Assembly (NCBI GenBank): GCA_963719035.1
Contig: CAVRAO010000012.1
Coordinates: 224,001 to 288,000, forward strand
DNA: 64,000 nucleotides
Direction: 5' to 3'
Origin: Methanobacteriota archaeon
GTDB lineage: Archaea > Halobacteriota > Bog-38 > Methanoflorentales > Methanoflorentaceae
Part shown: in pieces, positions 11,030-22,747 of the stretch
Position numbering within the stretch: position 1 is the stretch's first letter
Layout of the letters: every line of letters starts with the position of its first letter
Translations under genes and position numbers: made by a program
The notes under the pieces: model-generated
Told to the model about the DNA's origin: nothing
Database searches by the model: none
What the model saw: only the letters and a program-made list of their open reading frames with translations

Positions 11030-12219
11030 ATGTTTGTCCCCAAGTAACGTGCTACGACCTCGACGTCCTTATCGCCTCTACCCGAAAGCGTAACGACGAC
11101 GACGTTGTCCTTGTCCAAGCTAGGGGCCAGCTCAATAGCGTGAGCAACGGCGTGTGCTGACTCCAAAGCGGGCAGGATACCCTCTGTTCTTGATAGTTCG
11201 AGGAAAGCCTCAAGCGCGTCCACGTCAGTCACGGCACTAAAGAGCACGCGCTTCTCGTCTTTCAAAAACGCGTGCTCGGGGCCAACGCCGGGATAGTCGA
11301 GGCCGGCTGAAATGCTGTGCGTTGCCTGCACTTGGCCGTCGGCGTCTTGGAGCAAGTACGTCAACATGCCGTGGAAAACGCCCTCAGATCCTGCGCATAA
11401 CGAAGCGCCGTGCTTTGCCGTCGCCAGCCCCTCTCCCCCAGCCTCGACTCCGTGCATCGCAACGTTATCGTCAAGGAATGGATAGAACGTGCCGATCGCA
11501 TTGCTGCCGCCGCCGACGCACGCGATAAGCGCGTCGGGGTGACGCCCGACCTGTTCCATCGCTTGCTCGCGTATTTCGCGTCCGATTACGCTTTGGAAGT
11601 CCCGGACGATCATCGGATAGGGGTGGGGTCCCACGACGGAACCGATCAAATAGTGCGTCGTACGCACGTGAGCAGTCCAATCGCGTAGGGCTTCATTGAT
11701 CGCATCCTTGAGGGTCCTCGATCCGAGCTCCACAGGATGTACCGTTGCATTGAGCAGTTCCATTCGGAACACGTTGAGCTTCTGACGCTCTACGTCGTCA
11801 GTTCCCATGTAAACTTCACAGCTGAGTCCAAGTGCGGCACACGCAATAGCAGTCGCGACGCCGTGCTGCCCTGCACCCGTCTCGGCGATAACACGCGTTT
11901 TCCCCATATGCTTTGCCATCAGCGCCTGACCAAGCGTGTTATTAATCTTGTGGGCGCCGCCGTGGGCAAGATCCTCACGCTTGAGGTAGATTCTAGCACC
12001 GCCGAGTTTTTGAGAGAGGTTCTCTGCATAATACAAGGGAGTTGGCCTTCCTGCAAACGTTGACAGGTAACCGCTCAGCTTCTGTTGAAATTCATCGTCG
12101 TTGCAAAGACTTACATATGCAGTTTCGAGTTCTGAAAGTGCCGTTGTCAGCGTTTCGGGGACGAAACTGCCCCCATACTGCCCATACTTGCCTTTGATGG
12201 GGAACTCGCTATAGTTCAT
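11026..12219 (-). CDS. trpB: Tryptophan synthase beta chain
   Basis: [46 protein letters not shown]. Confidence 0.98.
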   Translation of the reverse strand: MNYSEFPIKGKYGQYGGSFVPETLTTALSELETAYVSLCNDDEFQQKLSGYLSTFAGRPTPLYYAENLSQKLGGARIYLKREDLAHGGAHKINNTLGQALMAKHMGKTRVIAETGAGQHGVATAIACAALGLSCEVYMGTDDVERQKLNVFRMELLNATVHPVELGSRTLKDAINEALRDWTAHVRTTHYLIGSVVGPHPYPMIVRDFQSVIGREIREQAMEQVGRHPDALIACVGGGSNAIGTFYPFLDDNVAMHGVEAGGEGLATAKHGASLCAGSEGVFHGMLTYLLQDADGQVQATHSISAGLDYPGVGPEHAFLKDEKRVLFSAVTDVDALEAFLELSRTEGILPALESAHAVAHAIELAPSLDKDNVVVVTLSGRGDKDVEVVARYLGTNI

Positions 12220-12862
12220 ATGACGCCTCCGTGACCGCTTCGATAAAGCCGCGCATCTTTACGTGATCTTTAACGCCGAGGCGGATCTCAACTCCGCTTG
12301 AAACGTCGACCGCATAGGGCCGCACCGTTTCGATAGCTGCTCTTACGTTGCCCGACGTCAAACCTCCTGCTAAGATGAGGGGGGTCGGCGCTACTCGCTC
12401 CCTAATGGCCCGGCTCACGGCCCAGTTATGCGGCATCCCTGTGCCACCGTGCGCGCCTGGAATGTACGAGTCGGTAAGAACTGCATCAAAGCGAGATGCA
12501 GTGGGGAGGGCCGCGTAAGACAGTTGATCATCCATCGCGATGACGCGGATCACGTGCGTTCCGCGGACGTGCTCGTCAATCGAATCATCGCGAGGCATCG
12601 GGCCGGATAATTGCACCGCACCGGGGGCAAGGCACGAGCGCAGTGTCCCAAGACGATCTAGGGTTTGGAAAACAGAAACGACGACGCTTTGGACGAAGGG
12701 TGGCGTTGCTTCTATGAGATCTCGAGCATGATCTAGTGGCACGTTTCTCGGTGACTCAGGCACGTCCACGACAAAGCCGAGCGCATCTGCACCAGCATCG
12801 ACGGCTGCTTCGAGGTCCTCTTTATTCGTTATGCCACAGATCTTAACGCGCACTCGTTTCAT
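12209..12862 (-). CDS. trpF: Phosphoribosylanthranilate isomerase
   Basis: [30 protein letters not shown]. Confidence 0.95.
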   Translation of the reverse strand: MKRVRVKICGITNKEDLEAAVDAGADALGFVVDVPESPRNVPLDHARDLIEATPPFVQSVVVSVFQTLDRLGTLRSCLAPGAVQLSGPMPRDDSIDEHVRGTHVIRVIAMDDQLSYAALPTASRFDAVLTDSYIPGAHGGTGMPHNWAVSRAIRERVAPTPLILAGGLTSGNVRAAIETVRPYAVDVSSGVEIRLGVKDHVKMRGFIEAVTEASYEL

Positions 12863-13656
12863 GTCACCCTCACCAGCATATCTACGGCTTGACGTACATC
12901 GTTTAGCCCGCATCGAGTGCAGAACCGACAAGTAACGCGTCTACGCCACAACGTCTGAGAAATCGCGCGTCTTCGGGGATCGTAACGCCACTCTCACTGA
13001 TGATCACCCTCCCATCGTGGGGGACTTTTTCAAGGATCTCCTTGGTAGTCGCTAGATCTACTTCTAAAGTCCTCAGATCCCGGTTATTGATACCAACAAG
13101 ATCTGCGTCAGTGGACAGGGCACGTTTAAATTCGAAATCGGTGTGTGCCTCCAAGAGCACTTCAAGTCCGACCGTGTGTGCGAACTCGATCATTTCCTCA
13201 ACGCCGCGTGTCGCATAGCCTCGGTCAAAGAGCGCTTGTATCAGCGGTCACAGCGTTTGCACCGGAGTCTCGCGCGGCTTCGACTTGGCGCGCGCTGACG
13301 ATGAAGTCTTTCATAAGGAGCGGGAGTGAGACGCCGCTTCGGACATTTTCCAGCAAACGAGCAGATCCCTTGAAAAAATGGGGTTCGGTCACCACGGAAA
13401 TTCCGGCGGCCCCCCCGCTTCCATTCGCTTCGCGATTGCGTCGGCGCTAATGCTCGACGCGCAGCGCGCCCGTCGTCGGAGATGCGATCTTAATCTCTGC
13501 AATGAGTGGGAGGTGCGTGCACGTCGTGACGCCCTCACTCAAACGAAGCGTGGTAGGGGTGTTTTGTGGTTCGTCGCGCTGTCTGAAATTGGAATAATAA
13601 CCTGACGTGACGGTTTTTTGAGCATTGCGACAGAGGATGTCGAAGAAATCAGGCAC
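12859..13656 (-). CDS. trpC: Indole-3-glycerol-phosphate synthase with several frameshifts
   Basis: IAEIKIASP, LMKDFIV, VLLEAH, GINNRDL, ISESG and LVGSAL across frames; position in the operon. Confidence 0.85.
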
Positions 13657-14710
13657 GCGACCCCTCCAACTCGTCGAGCACTGAAAGGTTGCCGCCAGAG
13701 AGCTCGACAAGCGCTTTGAGTTTCCCGTAGGCTGCACCGGTGGCAATCGATTCGGTCGCTAAATCAACACAATATGGAAGATCGTCACCTAGACCACCAA
13801 CGAGGATGGCTGCAGCTGCATTGGCGAGGGCAAAGCTAGTCTTTGGTTCCTGAACGTCGGGACTCTCGTTGAGCAATCTAACCGTCAGACGAGCACTCTC
13901 GTCAGGATCAGTGACGAGAAGTTGACTCGGTTTGACCGGCTTTAGTGCGAAGTCGCTGGGACTTAGCTCGAGATGCGTGAGACTCGATCCGTGCACTTGT
14001 GCGACGACCGTCTTTCCAAAGAGCGAGACCTCGTCAATTCCGCCGACGCCGTGGACCACCATCGCCTCTTCACAGCCGAGAGCCATCAACGTCTTAGCAA
14101 GTGGCGTCACCCACCCTCGCTCAGCGACACCAAGGAGCTGTGCTTGGGCGTTTGCTGGATTGACGAGCGGTCCAAGAAGGTTGAAAACCGTTCGCACGCC
14201 GATCTCCTGACGTGGCCTGAGGACAGTGCGCATTGCCGGATGGAACCCGGGCGCGAACATGAACCCGAAACCGATCTTTTCGATGGCATTTTTGACCTCG
14301 TCTGGCCCTTGAGATAGGTTCACCCCGAGACGTTCAAGCACGTCGGCACTACCACTGTTGCTGGTAACGGATCGGTTTCCGTGTTTTGCAACTATAACGC
14401 CTGCTCCGGCTGCGATTAATGCCGCGACAGTGCTGACGTTGAAGGTCTTCAGGCTGTCGCCACCCGTCCCGCACGTGTCGACCATCCGCCCTTTGACGTC
14501 AGGATTTATCACGCGGCAGAACTCCTTCATAACCGACGCAAAGGTGAACAGCTCCTCCTCGGTCTCCCCTTTCATGGAAAGGGCAGTTAAGAAAGCGCCA
14601 ATCTGTGCGTCTGTCGCTATGCCCGACAGCATCTCGACCATGACGGCACGCGCCTCATGGGTCGTCAAATTAGCTCCGTTTACAACCTTCGGTATACTCT
14701 CTCTGATCAC
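13649..14710 (-). CDS. trpD: Anthranilate phosphoribosyltransferase
   Basis: DTCGTGGD, NVST, KHGNRSVTS, RTVFNLLGPLVNP. Confidence 0.97.
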   Translation of the reverse strand: MIRESIPKVVNGANLTTHEARAVMVEMLSGIATDAQIGAFLTALSMKGETEEELFTFASVMKEFCRVINPDVKGRMVDTCGTGGDSLKTFNVSTVAALIAAGAGVIVAKHGNRSVTSNSGSADVLERLGVNLSQGPDEVKNAIEKIGFGFMFAPGFHPAMRTVLRPRQEIGVRTVFNLLGPLVNPANAQAQLLGVAERGWVTPLAKTLMALGCEEAMVVHGVGGIDEVSLFGKTVVAQVHGSSLTHLELSPSDFALKPVKPSQLLVTDPDESARLTVRLLNESPDVQEPKTSFALANAAAAILVGGLGDDLPYCVDLATESIATGAAYGKLKALVELSGGNLSVLDELEGSRA

Positions 14711-15294
14711 GCTCTCTCTCCTTTGAGAAAATTACTGATGACGCGCTTGCCGGCTGCGGTCATGATGGATTCGGGGTGAAACTGAACCCCTTCTATCGGG
14801 TAGGTGTGGTGGCGGACTCCCATGATCTCCCCGTCGTCGCATGACTCGGCCGTTATCTCGAGACACGAGGGGAGCGATGCGCGGTCCGCGACGAGCGAGT
14901 GATAGCGGGTTGCAACAAAAGGATTCTCAATGCCGTAAAACAGCCCTGAACCACAGTGGCGGATGTGGCTTGTCTTGCCGTGCATCACTCGCTGAGCAGT
15001 GGTGATGCGACCGCCAAAGGCCGCCACGATTCCTTGATGGCCGAGGCATACCCCGAGCGTCGACGTCGTCGGGCTCAGGCCCTTCAGTATAGGGGAACAC
15101 ACGCCGAAGAAGCGCTTCTCTGTTGGTATACCAGGACCAGGCGAGAGGATGATCCTGTCGGGCTCGAGTGATTTCGCCTCCTCGAGGGTCAACTTGTCGT
15201 TTCGATAAACGAGCGGCGTTCCCCCCAACTCGCCAACGTGTTGGACGATGTTGTACACAAATGAATCGTAGTTATCAATGATGAGCACGTTCAT
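14707..15294 (-). CDS. trpG: Anthranilate synthase component II (glutamine amidotransferase)
   Basis: [33 protein letters not shown]. Confidence 0.96.
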   Translation of the reverse strand: MNVLIIDNYDSFVYNIVQHVGELGGTPLVYRNDKLTLEEAKSLEPDRIILSPGPGIPTEKRFFGVCSPILKGLSPTTSTLGVCLGHQGIVAAFGGRITTAQRVMHGKTSHIRHCGSGLFYGIENPFVATRYHSLVADRASLPSCLEITAESCDDGEIMGVRHHTYPIEGVQFHPESIMTAAGKRVISNFLKGERA

Positions 15295-16680
15295 CGCGCG
15301 TTACCCCCACTGCCCTCGAGCGCTTTTACCAACGCCCTGGCCTTGAATTCGGTCTCCGTCCATTCGTTCTCAGGCACCGAGTCAGCGACGATGCCCCCTC
15401 CCGTCTGCAGGTGACACTTGCCCCCTTTAGCAAAAAGGGCGCGAATGGTAATCGCGAAATCCATGTCGCCGTTGTACGAAAAGTAGCCGACAGCACCGGC
15501 GTACAGGCCCGCGGCGGACAGGTTCAAGTTCTTCAATGATCTCCATTGCGCGAACTTTAGGCGCGCCCGACACCGTGCCTGCCGGAAACGCAGCACGCAG
15601 GACGTCAAAGCTGTCAGCGCCGTCGCGCTGTTTCCCTACAACCTGCGAGACGATGTGCTGCACGTGGCTGTAGCGCTGGACGTCCATAAAAGCAGGAACG
15701 TGCACGCTGCCCGCCTCGGCAACGCGCCCTACGTCGTTGCGCGCCAGATCGACGAGCATAACGTGTTCTGCAATCTCCTTCGGGTCGTTCAGCAGCTCGT
15801 TGGCAAGCGCGGCGTCTCGGTGTGGTTCGCCGGTTATCGGACGACTGCCGGCTATGGGGTAGCTCTCGATCCTGTCATCGGCGACCTTAACGAGCGTCTC
15901 AGGACTTGTCCCCATTATGGCGCGGTCTTGCATTTTGAGGTAGAACATGTATGGCGAGGGGTTCATCGCTCTGAGCGTGATGTAAACCGGCGCCAAATCG
16001 CCGGTAAATGTGAAACTGTACCGTTTTGAAAGGACGGTCTGAAAAACGTCGCCGGCGGCGATGTGCTGCTTTGCGTTCTCCACCATCGATTCGTACTCCC
16101 TCTTTCCGACGTTCAGGTCAAGAGGCCCCATGGAGAACTCGCCGTGCTCGCAGGGTCTGCGTAAGAGGTACAGAGCTCGTTGTAACGGCTTTTTCCAATG
16201 TGGAAGTAAAACGCCTCGTGGTTTAGGTGGTCAAGCACAATGCCGTCGTCGTAGATGCCCATTTCAAGGTCGGGAAAAGTCAAGATCGTCTGCGGCTGTG
16301 TGCGGGATGCGCTCCCAATAGCGGATGGCATCATATGAGACGTAGCCGACCGCGCCGCCGAGGAATCCGTATCGATGCTGTGTGTGACGCTTGCGGCCGA
16401 TGAGCCTTTGAACAGCGTCTAAGGGGTCTAGTATGTGTTCCTGGCGTTCGTTGACGGTTGCGATACCGTCCTTCACGCGCACTGTGGCGGCCGGGTCAAA
16501 TCCGACGTAGGAGTAGAGCGCGGTGTTTCCCAGGCCAGTTCGAGATTCAAGCAGGAACGCGTAGTCATATTCTGGGGCCAGTTTAAAGAAAATTGACGCG
16601 GGTGAACCGTAGGGAATTCGCTGAAAACGCACGCTACGAGGGTTCGCAGCCAAGTTGTCGGTATCGCCAAAAACAGTCAC
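15291..16680 (-). CDS. trpE: Anthranilate synthase component I with about three frameshifts
   Basis: [44 protein letters not shown] and GGGIVADS spread over four ORF pieces. Confidence 0.9.
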
Positions 16681-16962
16681 CCATTATTGTCACTCCTGAT
16701 GTATAACATTATACATTAATGTACTATAAATAACTTTGTAGTTTTTGTTTTGACTTTAACTTTAACTGAATCTGACACGACAGATCTGTAATGATCTTGC
16801 CTATATAGCCAGATTTGTCGACAACAACGTTTTGGGCAAACCCAACAGTCGTGTGATCCGTATCATAAAAATGTGACTTCAGATGCAAACGCCCCCTTCA
16901 CGAAAGAAACGACAGCTAAGTATTAATTATGAAACGTTTCGTTAGGTAGGGCAGGTTACACC

Positions 16963-18183
16963 ATGAAAGCTGATGCTATAAAGATCACGGATGGCGTCTA
17001 CTGGGTAGGCGTATTGGACTGGGACATACGAAAATATCACGGCTACACGCTGCACGGCACGACGTACAACGCGTACCTCGTCTTCGGCGAGGATCGCATA
17101 GCGCTCATTGACAATACGTATCCAGGCACGTCTGCGCAGATGTGGGGGCGTATTCAGGACGCGTTTGAGAGGGAGGGGCGACCGCTCGCCATCGACATAA
17201 TCGTTCAGAACCACATCGAATTTGACCACAGCGGGGCGTTGACTGAGGTTCATAAAAAGTTCCCCGATGCGCCTATCTATATCACCGAAATCGGGGCAAA
17301 GGGAATCAAGAAACATTTCGCCGCACTCGATGATGTGCCCTTTACCGGAGTCAAGACGGGCGATGAGCTTGCGCTTGGTGGAAAAACGTTCGTATTCCTT
17401 GAGGCGTTCCTGCTCCATTGGCCGGACAGTATGTTTACCTTCCTCAAAGAGGACGGGATCCTGTTCTCGAACGACGCCTTTGGCCAACACCTCTGCTTTG
17501 GACAACGGACTGACGCCGACGTGCCCGAATACGTGCTCATGCAAGCCGCTCAGAAGTTCTTTGCAAATCTCATCACGCCGTCAGCCCGCATCCTCCTCAA
17601 AAAGTTTGAGGAATTCAAAACGCTGGGATTGCTCGACAAAATACGGGTTATTGCGCCCTCTCACGGACAGATCTGGACTGACCCGTCTAAGATCATCAGT
17701 GCTTATACCGACTGGGCCACGGGCGTAGCGAAGGACAAAGCCACGATCGTGTACGACACGATGCATCATTCCACTCAAAAGATGGCACACGCCCTTGCCG
17801 AGGGGCTCATCGCCGGAGGGGCCGACGTCGCGATGCACTTTCTGCACGTCGACGAACGAAGCGAAGTAGTAAAGGATATCCTCGATAGCAAGATCGTCCT
17901 GTTTGGCGCTCCAACGCTGTATGGCGAGCCGTACCCGAGCCTCGGCGACTTGGTCTATTACCTTAGAGGGCTGCGATTTGATAAGACGGGCCAAAAGAAG
18001 CTCGCCGTCACGTTCGGCTCTATGGGGGGGATGGGCGGCGCGCCTAAGAAGCTTGCGGAAGACATTTCAGCGTGTGGCTTTGAAGTGGTTCAGGAGCTAG
18101 AAGTTTACTACGTGCCGACAGAAGACGAGCTTGTTGAGTACTACGAGGTGGGCACGCAACTCGCCTCACGTATAAAAACGTAA
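16963..18183 (+). CDS. fprA: Flavodiiron protein FprA (F420H2 oxidase-type)
   Basis: [38 protein letters not shown] and a C-terminal flavodoxin domain (YDTMHHST). Confidence 0.93.
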   Translation: MKADAIKITDGVYWVGVLDWDIRKYHGYTLHGTTYNAYLVFGEDRIALIDNTYPGTSAQMWGRIQDAFEREGRPLAIDIIVQNHIEFDHSGALTEVHKKFPDAPIYITEIGAKGIKKHFAALDDVPFTGVKTGDELALGGKTFVFLEAFLLHWPDSMFTFLKEDGILFSNDAFGQHLCFGQRTDADVPEYVLMQAAQKFFANLITPSARILLKKFEEFKTLGLLDKIRVIAPSHGQIWTDPSKIISAYTDWATGVAKDKATIVYDTMHHSTQKMAHALAEGLIAGGADVAMHFLHVDERSEVVKDILDSKIVLFGAPTLYGEPYPSLGDLVYYLRGLRFDKTGQKKLAVTFGSMGGMGGAPKKLAEDISACGFEVVQELEVYYVPTEDELVEYYEVGTQLASRIKT

Positions 18184-18364
18184 GGTCGGCCCCCAAGCGT
18201 TTATCACAAGCTTTGCACAAAGGGCCGGGAACTACCCGAGCAGACTATAGACTACAAGATGTTGTACTTTGCAATCGACTCGCCCGAAGACGGACGAGAG
18301 AACGAATTGCGTGGTCCTGCAGGCCTCGGAGCCAGAACAATTAACGAGGAGATGCGTCCCGCCT

Positions 18365-18892
18365 TTAGGGGCCGTCTTGCCCCGGACTAATTTTCGCAAA
18401 ACTAAAATTGGTCACATTTGTTAGTGGGGGCAAATAACCGTCCCATATCGGCGATGGAGAGCTGCTTCCCGCGTGAATAAGTATGGTGGTATTACCCTTG
18501 GCGTAATTCACTGACCAGAAGGTTTGGGTGCTGTTCTCTGTTCCGGAAACGCTATATCCTAACTTGGTCATTTGCGCGCTGTAAAACGCTTTTACACTGG
18601 AAAGGGGGTCCTTAGTCTCAAACGCCCATCCTGTACCGTTCTTGTCAGGGCTAAGGAGCCGAACTGAAGGTTGGTACCGCGGCACGACCGATGGGTCGGG
18701 ATCGGACCCAGCATTGTCAGCTGGGTAGCCCGCTGTTCCCGATTGTCCGGTTTTCGCGGCGGCCGATGCCTTTCCGCTTTCCGATGCGGGACTTGGCGAT
18801 GAGGTCGTCGACGACGTACACCCCGCAGTGCAGGCGACGAGGATCAGCACGGCGCACAAGGCCGCTATGAGGTATCGTGATGGTCTTCCCAT
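18365..18892 (-). CDS. Putative lipoprotein
   Basis: Signal with TAGC lipobox followed by an S/T/P-rich linker. Confidence 0.7.
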   Translation of the reverse strand: MGRPSRYLIAALCAVLILVACTAGCTSSTTSSPSPASESGKASAAAKTGQSGTAGYPADNAGSDPDPSVVPRYQPSVRLLSPDKNGTGWAFETKDPLSSVKAFYSAQMTKLGYSVSGTENSTQTFWSVNYAKGNTTILIHAGSSSPSPIWDGYLPPLTNVTNFSFAKISPGQDGP

Positions 18893-19091
18893 GCGTCTCT
18901 CCTATTTGACACTTCCAAGGCGGCCACTCTTGTATTAAAGCTATTTGCTTTGCGCCCGATAAGGGCAGTTGGCCGCAAACGAGAAGACCTTGGATCGTGT
19001 GGGGGTCAGTTCAATAATGTATAGTGCGCGCAAGGTCAGTATCTACTAGTATATGTAAGAATTATGGGTCATCTAGTAGTAGGAGGTAATT

Positions 19092-20432
19092 ATGAGTTTT
19101 TTTTCCGAAGCAATCGAAACCATGGACCGGGGTGAACTGGACGCCCTGGTTGATGAGCGCATACGCTACACAGTCCAGTTTGCTGCGGAAAATTCTCCCT
19201 TTTATCGCAAATGGTTCCGCACAAACAAGATTGACCCCTCAACCATAAGGGAACACGAAGACCTGCGCGATTTACCTATTATATCTGGCAAAGACGTCAG
19301 AGAAAGGCAGCCCCCTGAGACGGAGGAATTCGAGTTCAAGTGCATAGGCTGGCCGGAGGTGTACACCGTCCACGAGACCAGCGGCACAAGCGGCAACCCT
19401 AAGTCGTTCTTTTTGACCTGGGAGGACTGGAACCGTTATGCGGAGAAGTATGCCCGGGCATTTGTCTCTCAAAACTTCACTTCCGGGGACCGGGTGGTGG
19501 TATGTGCCTCTTACGGCATGAATGTGGGTGCTAACACCATGACCCTGGCCGCCCAGAAGATAAATATGACCATCATCCCCATGGGGCGCTGCACCTTCCC
19601 TGTAAACATAATAAGTAAGTATCATCCCACCGGGATCGTGGGTAGTGTCTTTAAACTGCTTCGTTTGGCAAGAAGGATGAAATCCGAGGGATTAGACCCA
19701 CAAGCATCCAGTATAAAACGTCTGATAGCTGGTGGGGAGAGCTTTGCTGACGAATCACGGGCGTTCCTGGAAGAAGTCTGGGATGTGCCGGTTTATAACA
19801 ACTACGGCAGCACCGAGGGGACCATGTGCGGGGAGTGTTATGAGAAGGTGGGTCTACACGTACCCGAGGACCTGGTGCACCTGGACGTTTACGACCCTAC
19901 ACTGGACAGCTTTGTGGAAGACGGGGAATGTGGCAGGATAGTTTTAACCACTCTGTTACCTCCTGGGGGCAAGACCGGGACACTCCTACTGAATTACGAC
20001 ACGGAAGATACCAGCTTGGTGACGTCCCGGGATCAGTGTCCCTGTGGCCGCACCCATCTTCGGATCATGCTCCCTGAAAGGGAAGCCGAGACGGTGTGGG
20101 TGGCTGGGTCACCCTTTAACCGGGTGGATATAGAGCGGGGCGTATTCCAGCGTGAAAACATGGACTACCTCACGGGGGAGTATGAGGCCTCTCTTTATGG
20201 CGATGCTGAGGAAACCACTCTTCGAGTCAGCATGGAATGTTTGGATACCAGTCACTGTGAAAAGGAGTTAGTTAGGGAGAATTTCCTCAAAAGTCTCCTG
20301 CGGTACCGGCCACTCCTCTCTGAAGCGCACCAGGATGGTACCTTTAAAGTCCTCTTCAACTTTACCGAACCAGGCGGCCTCGAATTTTACCGTATCAAGG
20401 GCCGACCAAAGCGTTTGGTGGACCGTCGCTGA
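19092..20432 (+). CDS. ftsA: Coenzyme F390 synthetase (phenylacetate-CoA ligase family)
   Basis: HETSGTSGNPK, YGSTEG, LLNYDTEDT, CPCGRTH, KGRPKRLVDRR; resembles methanogen FtsA. Confidence 0.8.
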   Translation: MSFFSEAIETMDRGELDALVDERIRYTVQFAAENSPFYRKWFRTNKIDPSTIREHEDLRDLPIISGKDVRERQPPETEEFEFKCIGWPEVYTVHETSGTSGNPKSFFLTWEDWNRYAEKYARAFVSQNFTSGDRVVVCASYGMNVGANTMTLAAQKINMTIIPMGRCTFPVNIISKYHPTGIVGSVFKLLRLARRMKSEGLDPQASSIKRLIAGGESFADESRAFLEEVWDVPVYNNYGSTEGTMCGECYEKVGLHVPEDLVHLDVYDPTLDSFVEDGECGRIVLTTLLPPGGKTGTLLLNYDTEDTSLVTSRDQCPCGRTHLRIMLPEREAETVWVAGSPFNRVDIERGVFQRENMDYLTGEYEASLYGDAEETTLRVSMECLDTSHCEKELVRENFLKSLLRYRPLLSEAHQDGTFKVLFNFTEPGGLEFYRIKGRPKRLVDRR

Positions 20433-20480
20433 GTAAATCAAAAGCGAGGGGGCGTTCCTGAAAGAATATCGATTATAAAG

Positions 20481-21245
20481 TTAAAGGGACACTTCCACAC
20501 CCTTCTGCAATAGATATTCCTTCACTTCCCGGACACTAAATGTACGGAAGTGAAAAACTGAAGCAGCCAGCAGTATGGTGGCACCACCGTCTTTGACTGC
20601 ATCGTAGAAATGCGCTAGTTTTCCTGCGCCGCCAGAGGCGATGACTGGAACGTTAACAGCATTAGCGATAGCACTCGTGTATTCCAAATCATAGCCATCT
20701 TGGGTACCATCACCATCCATACTGGTGGGGAGGATCACTCCTGCACCAAGTTTTTCACACTCTTTCGCCCACTCTACAGCGTCTAAACCCACTGGTTTAG
20801 TCCCGCCGGCCACCACTACCTCAAATCCAGAGGGCATCTCCGGGTTCCGGCAGGCATCAATGGCCACGGTTATACGCTCCGAGCCAAATCTTTCGGCGGC
20901 TTCTTTTATGAGCTCGGGATTGTTCACAGCGGCACTGTTCATGGACACCTTGTCCGCCCCAGCTTTAAGGGTCAGCTCTATGTCTTCCAGGGTCGAAATG
21001 CCTCCGCCAACGGTTAGTGGAATGTCAATAACCGAAGACACATTCTCAACCCATTCCAGGCGGGTTCCGCGGTTTTCCAGGGTGGCGGCTATGTCCAGCA
21101 TGGCCAGTTCGTCTGCACCCTCTTTCTGGTACAAGGTGGCACTTTCTGCCGGGTCACCGGCGTCTTTTAAGTCCACAAAGTGTACACCCTTCACGACACG
21201 GCCGTCTTTCATATCCAGGCACGGCATGATCTTCACGGTTGTCAT
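20481..21245 (-). CDS. hisF: Imidazole glycerol phosphate synthase cyclase subunit
   Basis: IMPCLDMKDGRVVKG, PLTVGGGI, TSMDGDGT, IASGGAG, LAASVFH. Confidence 0.95.
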   Translation of the reverse strand: MTTVKIMPCLDMKDGRVVKGVHFVDLKDAGDPAESATLYQKEGADELAMLDIAATLENRGTRLEWVENVSSVIDIPLTVGGGISTLEDIELTLKAGADKVSMNSAAVNNPELIKEAAERFGSERITVAIDACRNPEMPSGFEVVVAGGTKPVGLDAVEWAKECEKLGAGVILPTSMDGDGTQDGYDLEYTSAIANAVNVPVIASGGAGKLAHFYDAVKDGGATILLAASVFHFRTFSVREVKEYLLQKGVEVSL

Positions 21246-21489
21246 GATTACAACTCCTCACTTTTAATCTAAATTTTAATATGAGTTACCCTCTCTTAAA
21301 ATCAGAAGCGTTCTAAAATCCTTTATACTGCTTGGTTCGAACGGGATTATAGTCCTCTTACCAGCCCACGGTATTCTATTCTAGGCCACTTAATCAAAAA
21401 CGTTTTTCCCTTTTATGTCTTTAGCGACGTTGCCACTTCAAACCGGCAAAGCTAATACGCACTCTCACAGTCATAAGCTGGTTGATTCC

Positions 21490-22029
21490 ATGATCAAAAA
21501 AACCGCTATACTCCTGATCGGTGCCGTCCTGATTGTTTCGGTGCTGGCATCAGGCTGCACCTTCAATGTAGGGAACACGACTACTTCTCCTACGTCGACA
21601 ACGTACACGAGTGCGAAAGGTTACTCGATTAAGTACGAATCAGATTGGGGCAAACCTCAGGAGCAACAAAATGGTGCGTTCGCCGTCTTTTTGACACCCG
21701 CCAACAATGAGACCGAAAATCTAAACGTACAGGAGCTCAATCTCTCCAAGACCTCTTCACTCGCGAGTGTAACGGAAGACGTGACCTCTAACGCCCAGAG
21801 TTATGACAACTTTACGCTAATTGAGGCGACAAACACAACCCTTTCCGGGCTTTCTGCTTCTAAGATCGTTTTTACAGCGACGATTGATGGAGAGCAGCTA
21901 AAAGTGCTTCAAACGTGGACCGTAAAAGACGGCAAGGCATACGTCATTACATACAAAGCTGCCCCCAACAACTACAATACGTATCTAAGCGCTGCGCAAA
22001 AGATGATCGATTCGTTTCAAATTAAGTAG
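21490..22029 (+). CDS. PsbP/DcrB-like lipoprotein
   Basis: LASGC lipobox; YSIKYESDW...TTLSG...KAYVITY...MIDSFQI pattern. Confidence 0.8.
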   Translation: MIKKTAILLIGAVLIVSVLASGCTFNVGNTTTSPTSTTYTSAKGYSIKYESDWGKPQEQQNGAFAVFLTPANNETENLNVQELNLSKTSSLASVTEDVTSNAQSYDNFTLIEATNTTLSGLSASKIVFTATIDGEQLKVLQTWTVKDGKAYVITYKAAPNNYNTYLSAAQKMIDSFQIK

Positions 22030-22086
22030 TACAATCTGATTGACTACAGCTTTGCGCAAAGCGCGAAACCCCGCCAAACGGTGTCG

Positions 22087-22623
22087 ATGAGCAAAAAAAA
22101 GTTAGTGCCACTCATTGGCATCGTTTTCATTTTTTTAGTGCTGGCTGCGGGCTGCACGTCTAACGAAGGCAACCCAACGCCATCAGCTCCGACAAACACG
22201 CATGAAGCGAAGGGTTTCACGATAAAGTATCCATCAGACTGGACAAAGGACGTGCCAAAAAGTGGTCCGATTTCCGTGCTTTTTAGGATGCCAACGAATA
22301 ATGCCGCAGAGAATCTCAACGTGCAAGTGTGGAACCGCTCCACAAACGAGACGCTTAGCAGCAGAACAGCGAGGATACTTGCAGGCGTACAAGATTTTTC
22401 AAACTACACGGAGATTTCAGCTGGAAACACGACACTGGGGGGCAATCCGGCCTATAAAGTCTCATATACGGCAACTTATGATGGGAATAATCTAAAGTTC
22501 ACCCAAATATGGACGATCAAGCACGGAAAGGAGTATATCATTACGTATAAAGCAGATCCTAAAAACTTCGACACCTACGCAAGCACAGCGCAGCAGATGA
22601 TAGACTCCTTCAAGGTTAAGTAG
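22087..22623 (+). CDS. PsbP/DcrB-like lipoprotein (tandem paralog)
   Basis: LAAGC lipobox; FTIKYPSDW, TTLGGNPA, MIDSFKVK. Confidence 0.8.
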   Translation: MSKKKLVPLIGIVFIFLVLAAGCTSNEGNPTPSAPTNTHEAKGFTIKYPSDWTKDVPKSGPISVLFRMPTNNAAENLNVQVWNRSTNETLSSRTARILAGVQDFSNYTEISAGNTTLGGNPAYKVSYTATYDGNNLKFTQIWTIKHGKEYIITYKADPKNFDTYASTAQQMIDSFKVK

Positions 22624-22747
22624 CATAGTTTGCTAACGATTAAAAGCTGCTCGCAAGCTTAATTGGCACGTCGGTGATGACTTGCGCGTAGCATAAGAAG
22701 CGGTGAATCAGCCGTTAAGCTAAAGAACCACCGTTTTTACCTTTATA

